58,087 nt of DNA from Candidatus Omnitrophota bacterium (GCA_029261065.1 JAJDCB010000008.1:1-58087), one strand, 5' to 3'; positions 20,835-30,561 are shown, counted from the stretch's first letter. The notes: generated by a model not told the origin, from the sequence alone. A program made the numbers and translations.

Positions 20835-21443
20835 ATGTTGAACTTTTTGTTATTAAACCTTTCAAAATTTCTCAAATCAGGATCAATCCTAACATTATTA
20901 TTAGGACTTTTACTCCTTCCCACATCTATTAACGCACAAGAGAAAGGCACAGAGATGGCAACTACCATTGTTTTTGAGACAAACCAAGGAAACATCGAAA
21001 TTCAACTAATGCCTGATATTGCTCCCAAAACCTGCGAGAACATGATCGGGCTTATCGAAAAGGGATATTATGATGGTATCATCTTTCATCGCGTCATTAA
21101 AGATTTTATGATCCAAGGCGGAGACCCTACTGGAACAGGACGAGGAGGAGAGAGTCTTTGGGGCGCTACATTTGAAGATGAAGTCACAGTAGATGTCAAA
21201 TTTGATAAAAAAGGATTATTAGCTATGGCCAACGCTGGGCCTGGTACCAATGGAAGCCAATTTTTTATTACTACGAAACAAGAAGAAAATGAAGAAATTC
21301 CATGGTTAAACATGAAACACACCATTTTTGGGGAAGTCACAACTGGATATGATGTGGTTGAAAAAATTGAAAACACCAAAGTCGGCGGGGGAGATAAACC
21401 CGTAGAAGAACAAAAAATCATTAAAGCTTATATCAAAAAATAA
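20835..21443 (+). CDS. Cyclophilin-type peptidyl-prolyl isomerase with hydrophobic N-terminal leader
   Basis: [43 protein letters not shown]; SD TAAGGAG at 20821 supports a start at 20835. Confidence 0.93.
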   Translation: MLNFLLLNLSKFLKSGSILTLLLGLLLLPTSINAQEKGTEMATTIVFETNQGNIEIQLMPDIAPKTCENMIGLIEKGYYDGIIFHRVIKDFMIQGGDPTGTGRGGESLWGATFEDEVTVDVKFDKKGLLAMANAGPGTNGSQFFITTKQEENEEIPWLNMKHTIFGEVTTGYDVVEKIENTKVGGGDKPVEEQKIIKAYIKK

Positions 21444-21461
21444 TTAAAAACACTCTTCACC

Positions 21462-21503
21462 TAAGGCAGAAGATTTAAGCTCAATTTTAAATCTTCTGCC
21501 TTA
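21462..21503. terminator. Perfect 17-bp inverted repeat between the cyclophilin gene and xdhC
   Basis: TAAGGCAGAAGATTTAA-N8-TTAAATCTTCTGCCTTA. Confidence 0.6.
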
Positions 21504-21518
21504 ACATATGTTGCCGCC

Positions 21519-22325
21519 ATGGATCAAGATCTTCTCACCAAAGCCTATAAAGCTCATAATAAAAATCAAGGTTACGCATTTGCAACTGTCATAGAAGCGA
21601 CACTTAAAGGCACACCGCGTAAATCTGGAGCAAAAATGATCGTCCTTGAAGATGGCCATTCGTACGGAACCATTGGTGGTGGTCGCAATGAAAAAGATGC
21701 AACTAAACGTTGTCTAGAGGCCATTAAAACCAATAAATCCTCAATCCTCACCTATGACTATTTTGGGCAAAAAGGACAATCTGTATGCGGTGGTCAGATC
21801 AAAGTTTTTATCGAACCATTTGCCAAAAAAAAAGATTTTGTCATATGTGGCGCTGGCCATATAGCATTACCACTATCTCAACTTGGAAAAATGTTAAATT
21901 ATAATGTCACAATCATTGATGACAGATCAGAGTTTACAAAAAATTCTCGTTTTCCTCATGTTGATAAAATCATTAAAGGCACTCACGCAAAAGCTTTATC
22001 AAAGCTCAAGATAGATTCCAAAAGTTATATTATGATTGTCACGCAGGGAAACGAATATGACTTTGAATGCCTTAGAGTGGCCTTAAAAACAAAAGCTGGT
22101 TATATTGGCGTTATTTCTAGCCAAGCCAAACGCATCAAATTTTTTAAACGTTTAAAGGCCTTAAAATTCTCAGAAAAAAATCTCAAAAGAATTATGATCC
22201 CAGCAGGCATAGACATTGGAGCGCAGACACCTGAAGAAATAGCAATATCCATTGCAAGTGAATTAATTACCCAAACTAATAAAGATTATATAGGAACAAC
22301 TAAGTTTAAGAAAAGGAGAGCGTGA
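21519..22325 (+). CDS. xdhC: XdhC/CoxI family molybdenum cofactor insertion chaperone
   Basis: GTPRKSGAKM, GTIGGG, CGGQIKVF, CGAGHIA, YIGVISS, GIDIGAQTPEEIAISI. Confidence 0.92.
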   Translation: MDQDLLTKAYKAHNKNQGYAFATVIEATLKGTPRKSGAKMIVLEDGHSYGTIGGGRNEKDATKRCLEAIKTNKSSILTYDYFGQKGQSVCGGQIKVFIEPFAKKKDFVICGAGHIALPLSQLGKMLNYNVTIIDDRSEFTKNSRFPHVDKIIKGTHAKALSKLKIDSKSYIMIVTQGNEYDFECLRVALKTKAGYIGVISSQAKRIKFFKRLKALKFSEKNLKRIMIPAGIDIGAQTPEEIAISIASELITQTNKDYIGTTKFKKRRA

Positions 22326-22738
22326 TGACCAAAGAGGAAGTGATTGATTTAATGAAAGATGCTGGATTTGGTTTTTTAGCAACCATTGAGGGAGGCAACC
22401 AACCCCGCGTGCGTCCTATGATGCCACTGTTATCTGATGATGGAAAAAAATTATTATTAGCGCTACTATCACGCTCTAGAACCATCTCTCAAGTTGAATC
22501 TAACCCCCAAGTTGAAATCTGTTTTGTAGATCGTAAAATGTGGTATTGTCGCGTGGCAGGAAAAGGGACTATAAGTGACAATTTAGAAAAGAAAGAAATC
22601 CTCTGGAATAATATCCCCATGCTTAAACAATATTTCGGAAGTCCAGATGACCCCAATTTTAAATTCATGGAAGTAGACATCCAAGAGTTAGAAGCCATGA
22701 CCCCGCATCAAAAAGAACCTGAAAAGATTAACCTCTAA
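22322..22738 (+). CDS. Pyridoxamine 5'-phosphate oxidase-like (split-barrel FMN-binding) protein
   Basis: FLAT...PRVRPM...QVESNPQVEIC pattern; 138 aa. Confidence 0.8.
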   Translation: MMTKEEVIDLMKDAGFGFLATIEGGNQPRVRPMMPLLSDDGKKLLLALLSRSRTISQVESNPQVEICFVDRKMWYCRVAGKGTISDNLEKKEILWNNIPMLKQYFGSPDDPNFKFMEVDIQELEAMTPHQKEPEKINL

Positions 22739-22929
22739 TCTAAATAAGGGAAGAACCCTTTAATTGCAAATCATAAGATATCTATTAATGTCTTTATTAC
22801 AAGAAAGAGGCATAACAATTAGATATTATTTAACTTGCTTATGATTGTTCTGAACACCAAACTCAAACAAAAAAGAGGCAGCTACAAAAAGAAGATCTAT
22901 AAATGATCTTCAGATTTTTGATCCTACCT

Positions 22930-22957
22930 ACTTAACATAACATATATTATAGGAAGT
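22930..22957 (-). other. XerC/XerD dif-like recombination site
   Basis: Minus strand ACTTCCTATAA-TATATG-TTATGTTAAGT (11+6+11 bp), close to the B. subtilis dif ACTTCCTAGAA-TATATA-TTATGTAAACT and with the conserved XerD arm TTATGT(T)AA; lies between convergent genes. Confidence 0.85.
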
Positions 22958-23043
22958 TATTAAAGGAGGAAATTCATGGTCTATGGAGCAACTCATATGC
23001 AATTGTAACGCTTTCTACAACGCATATCACTCACAATACATTA

Positions 23044-23457
23044 CTATTCTTTTAATTCTTTTAATTCTTTTAAGGAGTGTTTAAATATTTTGCGGCGTAA
23101 TAATTCTTCGGAGATTTGTGAAGGTTCCACCTTAAGTTTATGAGGAAGTTGATGACGTGTAACACCCACCTGAACGCCTCCGGTACGAATACGGATAATT
23201 TTTCCATTAACTAAAGCATTAGCCAATACTTTACGAGCTTCTCGCAAAATTCGCCCAAAACTTGGCCTTGATATACCCATAGCTTTTGCACCTTCAGCTT
23301 GATTGTACCCTTGGAAATCGGCTAACTTTATCGCTTCAAAAGCGTCTATACGCAATTCAACCTCATCAGGTCGCCCAGGCTTTCCACGCGGACTAAATTG
23401 CGCGATCGTCGGCATCGATTGAATATATCTTACTTTTTTACGTCTACCTTTCTTCAT
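23044..23457 (-). CDS. DUF134 (UPF0251) predicted DNA-binding protein
   Basis: FSPRG...EVEL..FEAIKLADFQGYNQAEGAKAMGISRPSFGRILREARKVLANALVNG. Confidence 0.88.
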   Translation of the reverse strand: MKKGRRKKVRYIQSMPTIAQFSPRGKPGRPDEVELRIDAFEAIKLADFQGYNQAEGAKAMGISRPSFGRILREARKVLANALVNGKIIRIRTGGVQVGVTRHQLPHKLKVEPSQISEELLRRKIFKHSLKELKELKE

Positions 23458-23490
23458 AAACCTCCCTCAAGATGCCCTTAAAATAACCTT

Positions 23491-23550
23491 TTAATTTGAG
23501 CATTTACTCAAATTAAACCTGCATTTAAAATGAGCATATGCTCAAATTAA
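23491..23550. promoter_or_regulatory. Two palindromic operator-like sites upstream of the DUF134 gene
   Basis: TTAATTTGAGCATTTACTCAAATTAA (23491-23516) and perfect palindrome TGAGCATATGCTCA (23531-23544). Confidence 0.7.
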
Positions 23551-23590
23551 TATCACAAAAAGAAATCGTTTTTTGCAATAAACGATTATA

Positions 23591-24265
23591 CTATTTTCGT
23601 CTCAACTTTTTTGAATCGTACGTTACGTGACCATGAATATTAAAACGTTTTTCACGATACACCCGTCCCTTTGAATAAAACTTTTCAGAAATCAAAACAC
23701 CGGTTTCCCTAAATTCTTGCGACAAACCATCTAACTTTCCTCTCTCATAAGTTGCAAGCCGCTTCACCTTCCCATTAGGATAAAATTCTTTAAAAACACC
23801 ATTTTTCCCTATTTTACCCTCAAAAGTTTGCTTAACTTTACCCTCTTCATCATAATGAAGATTCAACTTTCCTTTTTTATACACAGGACCCTTCTTTATA
23901 TCTTTATCTTTACTCTTATTGCCGAGCCTTTCTTTGATTGAGGGCTTCTTAAAACTAGCTTCGGTAGGATGCCCCACATCTTTGTGCCTATTACCGACTC
24001 TTTGCTTAACAGAGACCTTTTTAAGGCTAGCTTTGGAACGATATTTTCCACCATTTCCTCGCATTCTGTCATACTTAACCACAAAAATAGATCCATCTTT
24101 TAACTTAAGTTTTAATTCATTTTCACCTTTCTCAATAAGCTCTCCCTTAATCATTCGTCCATTTTTTAACCAAATTTGCTCAAGGGCATGCAAATTTTTT
24201 GGATACAAAGAAAAAACTACAAGACATGTAATACTAACAAATATTTTTCTTTTAATGAACCGCAT
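23591..24265 (-). CDS. Exported protein with C-terminal MORN-variant repeats
   Basis: Signal-like N-terminus; IWLKNGRMIKG domain; repeats KNGVFKEFYPNGKVK / KLDGLSQEFRETGVL. Confidence 0.7.
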   Translation of the reverse strand: MRFIKRKIFVSITCLVVFSLYPKNLHALEQIWLKNGRMIKGELIEKGENELKLKLKDGSIFVVKYDRMRGNGGKYRSKASLKKVSVKQRVGNRHKDVGHPTEASFKKPSIKERLGNKSKDKDIKKGPVYKKGKLNLHYDEEGKVKQTFEGKIGKNGVFKEFYPNGKVKRLATYERGKLDGLSQEFRETGVLISEKFYSKGRVYREKRFNIHGHVTYDSKKLRRK

Positions 24266-24294
24266 TAATAACCACCCTTTGATTTAATAAAAGT

Positions 24295-25611
24295 TTAATT
24301 ATCAGGAGCAAACGTATCATCTCTCCAATTAATTAAATTAACAATAAATGGGCTAAAAGGAATACTTCGATTGGCTGTTAATTGGGGATTATACGTATAG
24401 TCACGATCCACAAAAGCATTGAGATCACCCGCCGTTCTACCATCACCGCGAGCAGAAACAGCTCCTACGAAATCTAGAGTCCCTAAACTATTTTTCTCAC
24501 CTTCCGCCACAAAAACACCCTCTGAAGCCCCTTCACCATCCGCCATTATGAAAGCTTCAATATCTAAATCAGCCCCTGGATCAACTGTTCCACTTGGGAT
24601 AATAACATCGCGCTTGGCCAAAAGTCCAATTTGTGGCGTATCTCCAAGCGCTAATGAGTCTGGTTTAATAGCTCCTGTGATAAATATATTACCCCCCGCA
24701 TTCGTTGATTCATTAATACCGGCAACAACGATCATAGAAGAATCAAACTGCCCAGAAATTGATATATCCCCTTCGGCAAAAATTATCTTTGGCGCAACAC
24801 CCCCATTATCGGCTGTTACATCAGACAAATTAACAGACAAATCGCCATTAGAAAATATCGCTTCATGCGTTGGAAGCAAAGCAATTGCAATCTCTTTAAA
24901 TCGCACCAAATCTACACCAGTAAACAGAATCGTAGAAGACTCGACAACCGTATTTAAACTAACGGCTGGATGCTCACTTCCATCTGGACCTGTTTCAATC
25001 GAATTTTTAAAATAGGTTGTTCCATCAATGGATATATTCATGCCAGGCGTGCCAAGAGCCTCATTAACATCAAAGAAAACATCAGATGCAAAAATATCCG
25101 CATCGATGGAAGAACCACTTCCTACCCGAAGATTACCTAATGTCGAAAATAAAAAGCGCGCCGGATTTTCAACCAAAACGCGCGCTGTAATAATATTTGT
25201 AACACGTAGATTCTCACTTAAACCTACAGATCGAATTTCTTTTGTATTTAACCCATTAAACAAACCGCCATCCTTAACAGTCACCGAATAAAATCCTAAA
25301 CGAACATCCTCTTCTTCTGGCAAAGACTCATTAAGAACATAATTAATTTGCACATCATTAAGAGGCGCTTGACCATCCTCTCCTGGGCTCCAATTTGGAT
25401 TTTTTCTTAATTCAAAAATTGATCGATCCACACCTGATTCTGCAGCATAAAAAGCCTCAGTAACATCTACCTTTTGAACAGCCCCTTTAAACTGCGCATT
25501 TGATCGCATGACCGTAACAGACAATAATAACGTCAAAACCAAAACGATAAATAAGCTCGCTAGTAACACATAACCACTTGAATTTTTTAACATTCTCTTT
25601 TTCATAATCAT
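24295..25611 (-). CDS. PilX/GspK-like large minor pilin
   Basis: SSG|YVLLA class III signal lacking Glu5; AFYAAESGVDRSI PilX N-terminal motif. Confidence 0.78.
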   Translation of the reverse strand: MIMKKRMLKNSSGYVLLASLFIVLVLTLLLSVTVMRSNAQFKGAVQKVDVTEAFYAAESGVDRSIFELRKNPNWSPGEDGQAPLNDVQINYVLNESLPEEEDVRLGFYSVTVKDGGLFNGLNTKEIRSVGLSENLRVTNIITARVLVENPARFLFSTLGNLRVGSGSSIDADIFASDVFFDVNEALGTPGMNISIDGTTYFKNSIETGPDGSEHPAVSLNTVVESSTILFTGVDLVRFKEIAIALLPTHEAIFSNGDLSVNLSDVTADNGGVAPKIIFAEGDISISGQFDSSMIVVAGINESTNAGGNIFITGAIKPDSLALGDTPQIGLLAKRDVIIPSGTVDPGADLDIEAFIMADGEGASEGVFVAEGEKNSLGTLDFVGAVSARGDGRTAGDLNAFVDRDYTYNPQLTANRSIPFSPFIVNLINWRDDTFAPDN

Positions 25612-25621
25612 CTCTCAATCA

Positions 25622-26095
25622 TTAATTTCGAGGATAAACCTCTGAAGTTACAACAACATCAACAGGACCTGTAAAAATAGGTCTCCTTAAAAGCAATTCC
25701 ATACGAAGCGCACTTTGAGTGTCCACATCAATTAAGTCTGAATTATCAAAATTTAAAGAACTCGATAACACCTCAACAATACCATCCGTTGTTACACGAT
25801 CCATTTGACCAGCATCAGAAAGATTATACGTCACAAATGGAGCCCCCAACCCATCTAAAACAACCAAAGACTTTAACGTTTCCGATATATTAAGTTCAAA
25901 CCCATTTGAACCACGAACATCTTCTGAAATTCTACTAACAATACGGTTTCCTTCCTGCCAAAGATCGGCCTTAGCAATACGCTGATTAAAGGCAGAAAAA
26001 TTTGTTATAAATACTGTGTGTACCATCGCGGAGGCAACTCCCACAATAACAAGCACAACCAACACCTCCGTTAATGAGACTCCTTTATTTTTCAT
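25622..26095 (-). CDS. PilW/GspJ-like minor pilin
   Basis: KG|VSLTEVLVVLVIV prepilin motif; start moved to MKNKG (26095). Confidence 0.8.
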   Translation of the reverse strand: MKNKGVSLTEVLVVLVIVGVASAMVHTVFITNFSAFNQRIAKADLWQEGNRIVSRISEDVRGSNGFELNISETLKSLVVLDGLGAPFVTYNLSDAGQMDRVTTDGIVEVLSSSLNFDNSDLIDVDTQSALRMELLLRRPIFTGPVDVVVTSEVYPRN

Positions 26096-26096
26096 C

Positions 26097-28316
26097 TTAA
26101 AAATACCCCTGCGCATGAAGCTCTATATTAACTGTAACGGTTTGACCTCGATCAAGATTAGCAACAGAAGCCGCTGCAGCCTCATAAATTCCAGTTAAAT
26201 CCGTTACCTTAATCGTATGTATCTGCGGTGTCTTGTTATAGTAATTATCTCCACTAGAAACAACTATACTTGGAGGCCATGTTTCATCAACATCATTAAA
26301 ATTATAGTCTCCACTAGCATCTGTTTGAATAATCGGCAGGTGCCTTCCATCAGATAAGATCAACTCAACATTAGCCCCTGCTATGCCAATAGGAAAATCC
26401 GGATCTCCAGTAAATACTTTTCCCGTAATATTCCCCTTCCCTTTCGGCCATAACTTGACGTTATAGGGTGGAATTGTCGTTTGATCTACTTTAATACGGA
26501 TATGACCATTTGGATTAGGAGCATAATAGTTAGTACCTGAACTGTGATAAGGATAAAAATCGGATTGCTCTACTCTAAAAGCATATGTCGTTGCTGGTAT
26601 TCGAAAACCTGAATCTGGACAAAAGTATTTATAGTCACCCGTGCTATCTATATAGTCATCATCATCCCGCCCTCCCACTCGAACACGCGCTCCAGGAACA
26701 GCACCTGATTTGAATCCAGCCAAAGGATCCCCTGTAATGACACCCTCGGCATCACCACAGCCTAAATCAGCTGGAACATTAATAACAAAGGTACCAACAT
26801 CAAATTCAGGATCCCCCGCAGAAGGCGGACCAATGTACTTTGGAGCACTTTGCTTATCCACTTTGATTCTCTTATTACAACAACCACCAATCTCAATCGA
26901 ACCTTTAGCAAACACAAGTAATTTGGCATCATTTGATGATCCATTTGGAAACAGATCTTGAACGGCCGGTACACCAAACCCCGTAAATACGCCACCGTCA
27001 TCTGCCGTTGCTTTACGTGTTGCCCCATCCGTTCGCCACCACGCCCGAGCGGAATCATCATAATCGCGTGGCCAGCGTGCAAAAATAGTCGCACCAGATA
27101 CAGCGTTTCCATTACTATCAACGACATCACCTTTAATCTTAACCTCACGTACATCTGACAAAGAAATATCTTCCATGATATCATCCCCTGGATTAACACA
27201 AATTCTATCAGCCCCTGGCCCACCAAAGGCAGGGTTTTCACACGTTAAATTTCCATTTTCATCCACAACAGCTGATGACCACCCATCAGATCTATAATTA
27301 AAAGGACATGAAAGCCCTCCCGCTGCATTGACAGGATAACCATAACCTTCCTTAAAAGCATCCTTCGTGGCTATCGTAAAACATTTAGGATCTTCATCTT
27401 CGAAAGGAATAAAAAAATCATATGATGTCCTACCTCTTACTATCGCAGAAATGGAATTATTATTTGAGTTCACAACTGCTGCCAACGAGCCGTTCATTGT
27501 AATGTGTATTTCTCCATTATGAAAAAAAGAAATTGGCGTTCCTGACTCTAGAATCCTTCCCCTAATACGAGCACTTGCCGGATTGGGGATCATCGCAAAA
27601 TCAATATCTGTTGTTTCACCTGATTTAACGGATTTAAGGATAGAATGCGTATATGGTTTAAAGCCATTGCGTGTTGCTGTTAACTGCCAATCTCCAGGAG
27701 TCAGAATAAAACGATTTGAAATAGGATCTAAAAAATTGTAATTAACATCATCCTCAAGCCCACCAGAAATCGTGTCGGCTTCTTCTGAGGCTCCGCTGCG
27801 CTTTACCTTAATGTTGACATTAGGTAAATCATCATCGCTATCTGCGTCTGAAGTAACCTTACCACTTATATTTCCTGGCAATTCATCGGGTGGACGGGAC
27901 AACAGGACAATGGAGTGCAAAGTTTTAACCTTTCCCATTTCATTCCACTGAACACTAATAATCGCTTTTTTAAAACCCGCTTCTCCCGCTTCAAGTTGCA
28001 CCTCAAGCGTTCTTGATATAAACCCGGGATAAAATTTATCTAGATCAATATCTTCAAATCCACAAGTATTTGTCAGCGGAGGAAATAAACAGCCTGAAGT
28101 TCCTAGGAGATTAAAATTGGTTCGAGCCACACGTCTTAATTCTTCCTGGCTGTGCTGCAATAAATTATTGGCCATATTGCGATTACGCGCCATCTCACCG
28201 GCACGCATTGTCGTTGTAATAGAGAACCAACTCGCCGTACCAATAACAGACACAATCACAATTCCAGCTAGAACTTCAACAATACTCAACGCATTTTTTG
28301 ATGAAAGATTCATCAC
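26097..28316 (-). CDS. PilV-like minor pilin fused to several carboxypeptidase-regulatory-like beta-sandwich domains; candidate tip adhesin
   Basis: KNA|LSIVEVLAG non-canonical class III signal; repeated ISGKVT / IRGRIL / IKGDVV / ITGKVF starts with GANVEL / GATIFA and GDY motifs; 10 Cys. Confidence 0.72.
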   Translation of the reverse strand: MMNLSSKNALSIVEVLAGIVIVSVIGTASWFSITTTMRAGEMARNRNMANNLLQHSQEELRRVARTNFNLLGTSGCLFPPLTNTCGFEDIDLDKFYPGFISRTLEVQLEAGEAGFKKAIISVQWNEMGKVKTLHSIVLLSRPPDELPGNISGKVTSDADSDDDLPNVNIKVKRSGASEEADTISGGLEDDVNYNFLDPISNRFILTPGDWQLTATRNGFKPYTHSILKSVKSGETTDIDFAMIPNPASARIRGRILESGTPISFFHNGEIHITMNGSLAAVVNSNNNSISAIVRGRTSYDFFIPFEDEDPKCFTIATKDAFKEGYGYPVNAAGGLSCPFNYRSDGWSSAVVDENGNLTCENPAFGGPGADRICVNPGDDIMEDISLSDVREVKIKGDVVDSNGNAVSGATIFARWPRDYDDSARAWWRTDGATRKATADDGGVFTGFGVPAVQDLFPNGSSNDAKLLVFAKGSIEIGGCCNKRIKVDKQSAPKYIGPPSAGDPEFDVGTFVINVPADLGCGDAEGVITGDPLAGFKSGAVPGARVRVGGRDDDDYIDSTGDYKYFCPDSGFRIPATTYAFRVEQSDFYPYHSSGTNYYAPNPNGHIRIKVDQTTIPPYNVKLWPKGKGNITGKVFTGDPDFPIGIAGANVELILSDGRHLPIIQTDASGDYNFNDVDETWPPSIVVSSGDNYYNKTPQIHTIKVTDLTGIYEAAAASVANLDRGQTVTVNIELHAQGYF

Positions 28317-28346
28317 CTATCTCCTAAAATAATTTCAAAATTTTTC

Positions 28347-28382
28347 AAAAAGAAACCTCGCCCCCTTATAAAAGAGACGAGG
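28347..28382 (-). terminator. Intrinsic terminator after the secretin gene
   Basis: Minus strand CCTCGTCTCT-TTTATA-AGGGGGCGAGG followed by TTTCTTTTT (stem uses G-U pairs). Confidence 0.7.
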
Positions 28383-28404
28383 CCTAATTTAAAGACATTC
28401 TATA

Positions 28405-30561
28405 TTATAGTTTTGATGTGCCATGGACAATAGTTGGAATAATCGTAATTATAAGTTCGGTATCTAAAACAGAGTGTGTTTCATAACTAAACAAATTTCC
28501 TAATAAAGGAACATTACCCAACACAGGAACCTTAAACAGATTCTTTTTATCTTCTTGCGATAGAATTCCACCTAAAATAAAAGGCCTATTGTTTTGAACG
28601 CGAACGTTTGCTACAGCCTCTCTTGTTTTAACTTGCGGGAACTCATCGTTAGGACCACGGAAAGCAAATATAAAACTTACCTCTGGTTCAATTTTTATAA
28701 CTACAAAATCATCTTCTATAATAGATGGTGTGATTCCCAACCTGATACCTGGCTCAACCCAACGAACATCAGTTGTCACAACGCCACCGGTCACATTGGT
28801 CACCGTGTATGGAATCTCATCACCAACAAAAATTTCAGCACGCTTATCGTTAAGTGTTGTAATGCGAGGATTTGATAACACCTTCGCTTTGTTTTGACTT
28901 TCCAACATCTTAATAACGGTTTCAAACTGAAGCGGATTTCGATCGATGGAAAACAACTCAGTCAGTTTACCTTGAGAGTCTGTTATGTCGTCAAAGTCAG
29001 CATCACGCGCGCTTTCCTGGTAGGATAATCGAATCTCATCAGACCAATCGACACCAAGATCCTTTAAAGCATCTTTATTAAGCTCAATAATTTTAGCTTC
29101 GAGAATAACTTGTGGTTGAGGTTTATCAATTTGATCAACGATCTTTTGAATTTTAACAACTTCCTCAGGTGCGCCAACAACAATTAAAGAATTAATCTCA
29201 TCACTTGAGGTAACACTATGCGCTAAATCTTTGATCAATCCTTTAATTTCTTCAACACTTACATTCTTAAGTTTGATCACTTTAGAGACAAGATTTTGAT
29301 CACGTAAATTTTCTCTTTTCGTTATATAAAGAGAATCAACAATACGTTTAAAACCTAAATCGTAGGTATTGGCTACAAGAAGCAAAGCTTCTTTTATACT
29401 AACTTGATTTAAATGCAAGTCAAGCTTGTTGTTTTTCAATGCTGGATCAAGGACAATATTCACCTCACCCGTTGCTCCAATGGTTAATATAACATCAGAA
29501 AGGTTCGTATCATCAAAATCCAAATCCATTTTTATACCTGCTAATTCTGACTTAATAATATCCTCCAGGATATCATCATCTGTGATGACAGGAGTCTTTT
29601 CTTTTTCTTCTTTAACAAGTTTCTTATTATTTGATCTCTTTTTATAAAAATGTTGAATTTTCTTCTCAAGCTTCTTAGCTTCTTCGTAAGCCGCTGTGAT
29701 ATCTTGTTTATACTCAATTTCTTCAATAGTTTGCTCATCTACAGGAAGGTCCCAATAATCTACCTCTTGAGCCACAGCCTCCATATCTCTTTGGTAAGCT
29801 GTTAATTTCTTTTTCTTAATAGGAGCTGGCTTTTTTTCTGCAGCGAAAGTGGCTTGAACAGCTGCTTTAGGTTGCACTTTTCCTTCTTGAATGATCTCCT
29901 CAACTTTAGCCAAATCTTTTGAAGTTTCAAATTCATTGACATCACGAAGCATCTGAGCTTTTTGAGCTTTCCGAGCATTTTCAGCAGCAACTTCAGCAAT
30001 AATTTGATCAACATCAATGACTTGATCATCTTCGTCTGTCACCTTCTCTTCTAACTCAATGACAGGTTCATCCACCGCAACAACAGCCTCCTCAACCCAC
30101 TCTTTTTTCATCTCTTTAACAAAAAGCGGCTTTTCTTCAATTTTCTTAGGCTTCTCATCAACATCCACAGGCTCAATGATAGGGATGTTGAATTCTATCG
30201 TTTCTGTGGTATCTTCAAAGACTTTAATTTCTTCTTTAAGCTCAGTTTTAGGAGATTCTTCCTTTTTTATAACAGGCTTCTCCTGTGCATTATGATCAAA
30301 CACAGGCTTTCTATCAGAATCGATATCCCAATATTTTTTCTGAGAAACTTCTTTCTTTTTTGATTCTACAACCTTTTGTTCTACGGCTTTAGAATCACCT
30401 TCCTTTTCTTCATAGACAGGTTTGTATTCTGCAATAATGTCCCACAACCTATCTCCCTTCATCTCGACCTCTGCTTCTTCTTGAGCTAAAACAAGTCCTT
30501 GTGATAATCCAAGACTCAAAACAGACATCAATATAATTAAAGCAACATATTTTGATTTCAA
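28405..30561 (-). CDS. Secretin (PilQ/GspD family) with long charged N-terminal extension
   Basis: PQPQVILEAKIIE, LSNPRITTLNDKRAEIFVGDEIPY, KVPVLGNVPLLGNLF, ELIITIIP; one N0/STN and one N3 domain. Confidence 0.93.
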   Translation of the reverse strand: MKSKYVALIILMSVLSLGLSQGLVLAQEEAEVEMKGDRLWDIIAEYKPVYEEKEGDSKAVEQKVVESKKKEVSQKKYWDIDSDRKPVFDHNAQEKPVIKKEESPKTELKEEIKVFEDTTETIEFNIPIIEPVDVDEKPKKIEEKPLFVKEMKKEWVEEAVVAVDEPVIELEEKVTDEDDQVIDVDQIIAEVAAENARKAQKAQMLRDVNEFETSKDLAKVEEIIQEGKVQPKAAVQATFAAEKKPAPIKKKKLTAYQRDMEAVAQEVDYWDLPVDEQTIEEIEYKQDITAAYEEAKKLEKKIQHFYKKRSNNKKLVKEEKEKTPVITDDDILEDIIKSELAGIKMDLDFDDTNLSDVILTIGATGEVNIVLDPALKNNKLDLHLNQVSIKEALLLVANTYDLGFKRIVDSLYITKRENLRDQNLVSKVIKLKNVSVEEIKGLIKDLAHSVTSSDEINSLIVVGAPEEVVKIQKIVDQIDKPQPQVILEAKIIELNKDALKDLGVDWSDEIRLSYQESARDADFDDITDSQGKLTELFSIDRNPLQFETVIKMLESQNKAKVLSNPRITTLNDKRAEIFVGDEIPYTVTNVTGGVVTTDVRWVEPGIRLGITPSIIEDDFVVIKIEPEVSFIFAFRGPNDEFPQVKTREAVANVRVQNNRPFILGGILSQEDKKNLFKVPVLGNVPLLGNLFSYETHSVLDTELIITIIPTIVHGTSKL

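Noticed and set aside
23047-23073. 3x TTCTTTTAA tandem repeat at the DUF134 3' end as a phase-variation tract
   Set aside because: The 9-bp unit is in frame and only changes the number of terminal LKE repeats.
23591-24265. YwqK-type antitoxin of a toxin-antitoxin pair
   Set aside because: MORN-variant repeats are generic, the protein has a signal-like N-terminus, and no toxin gene is adjacent.
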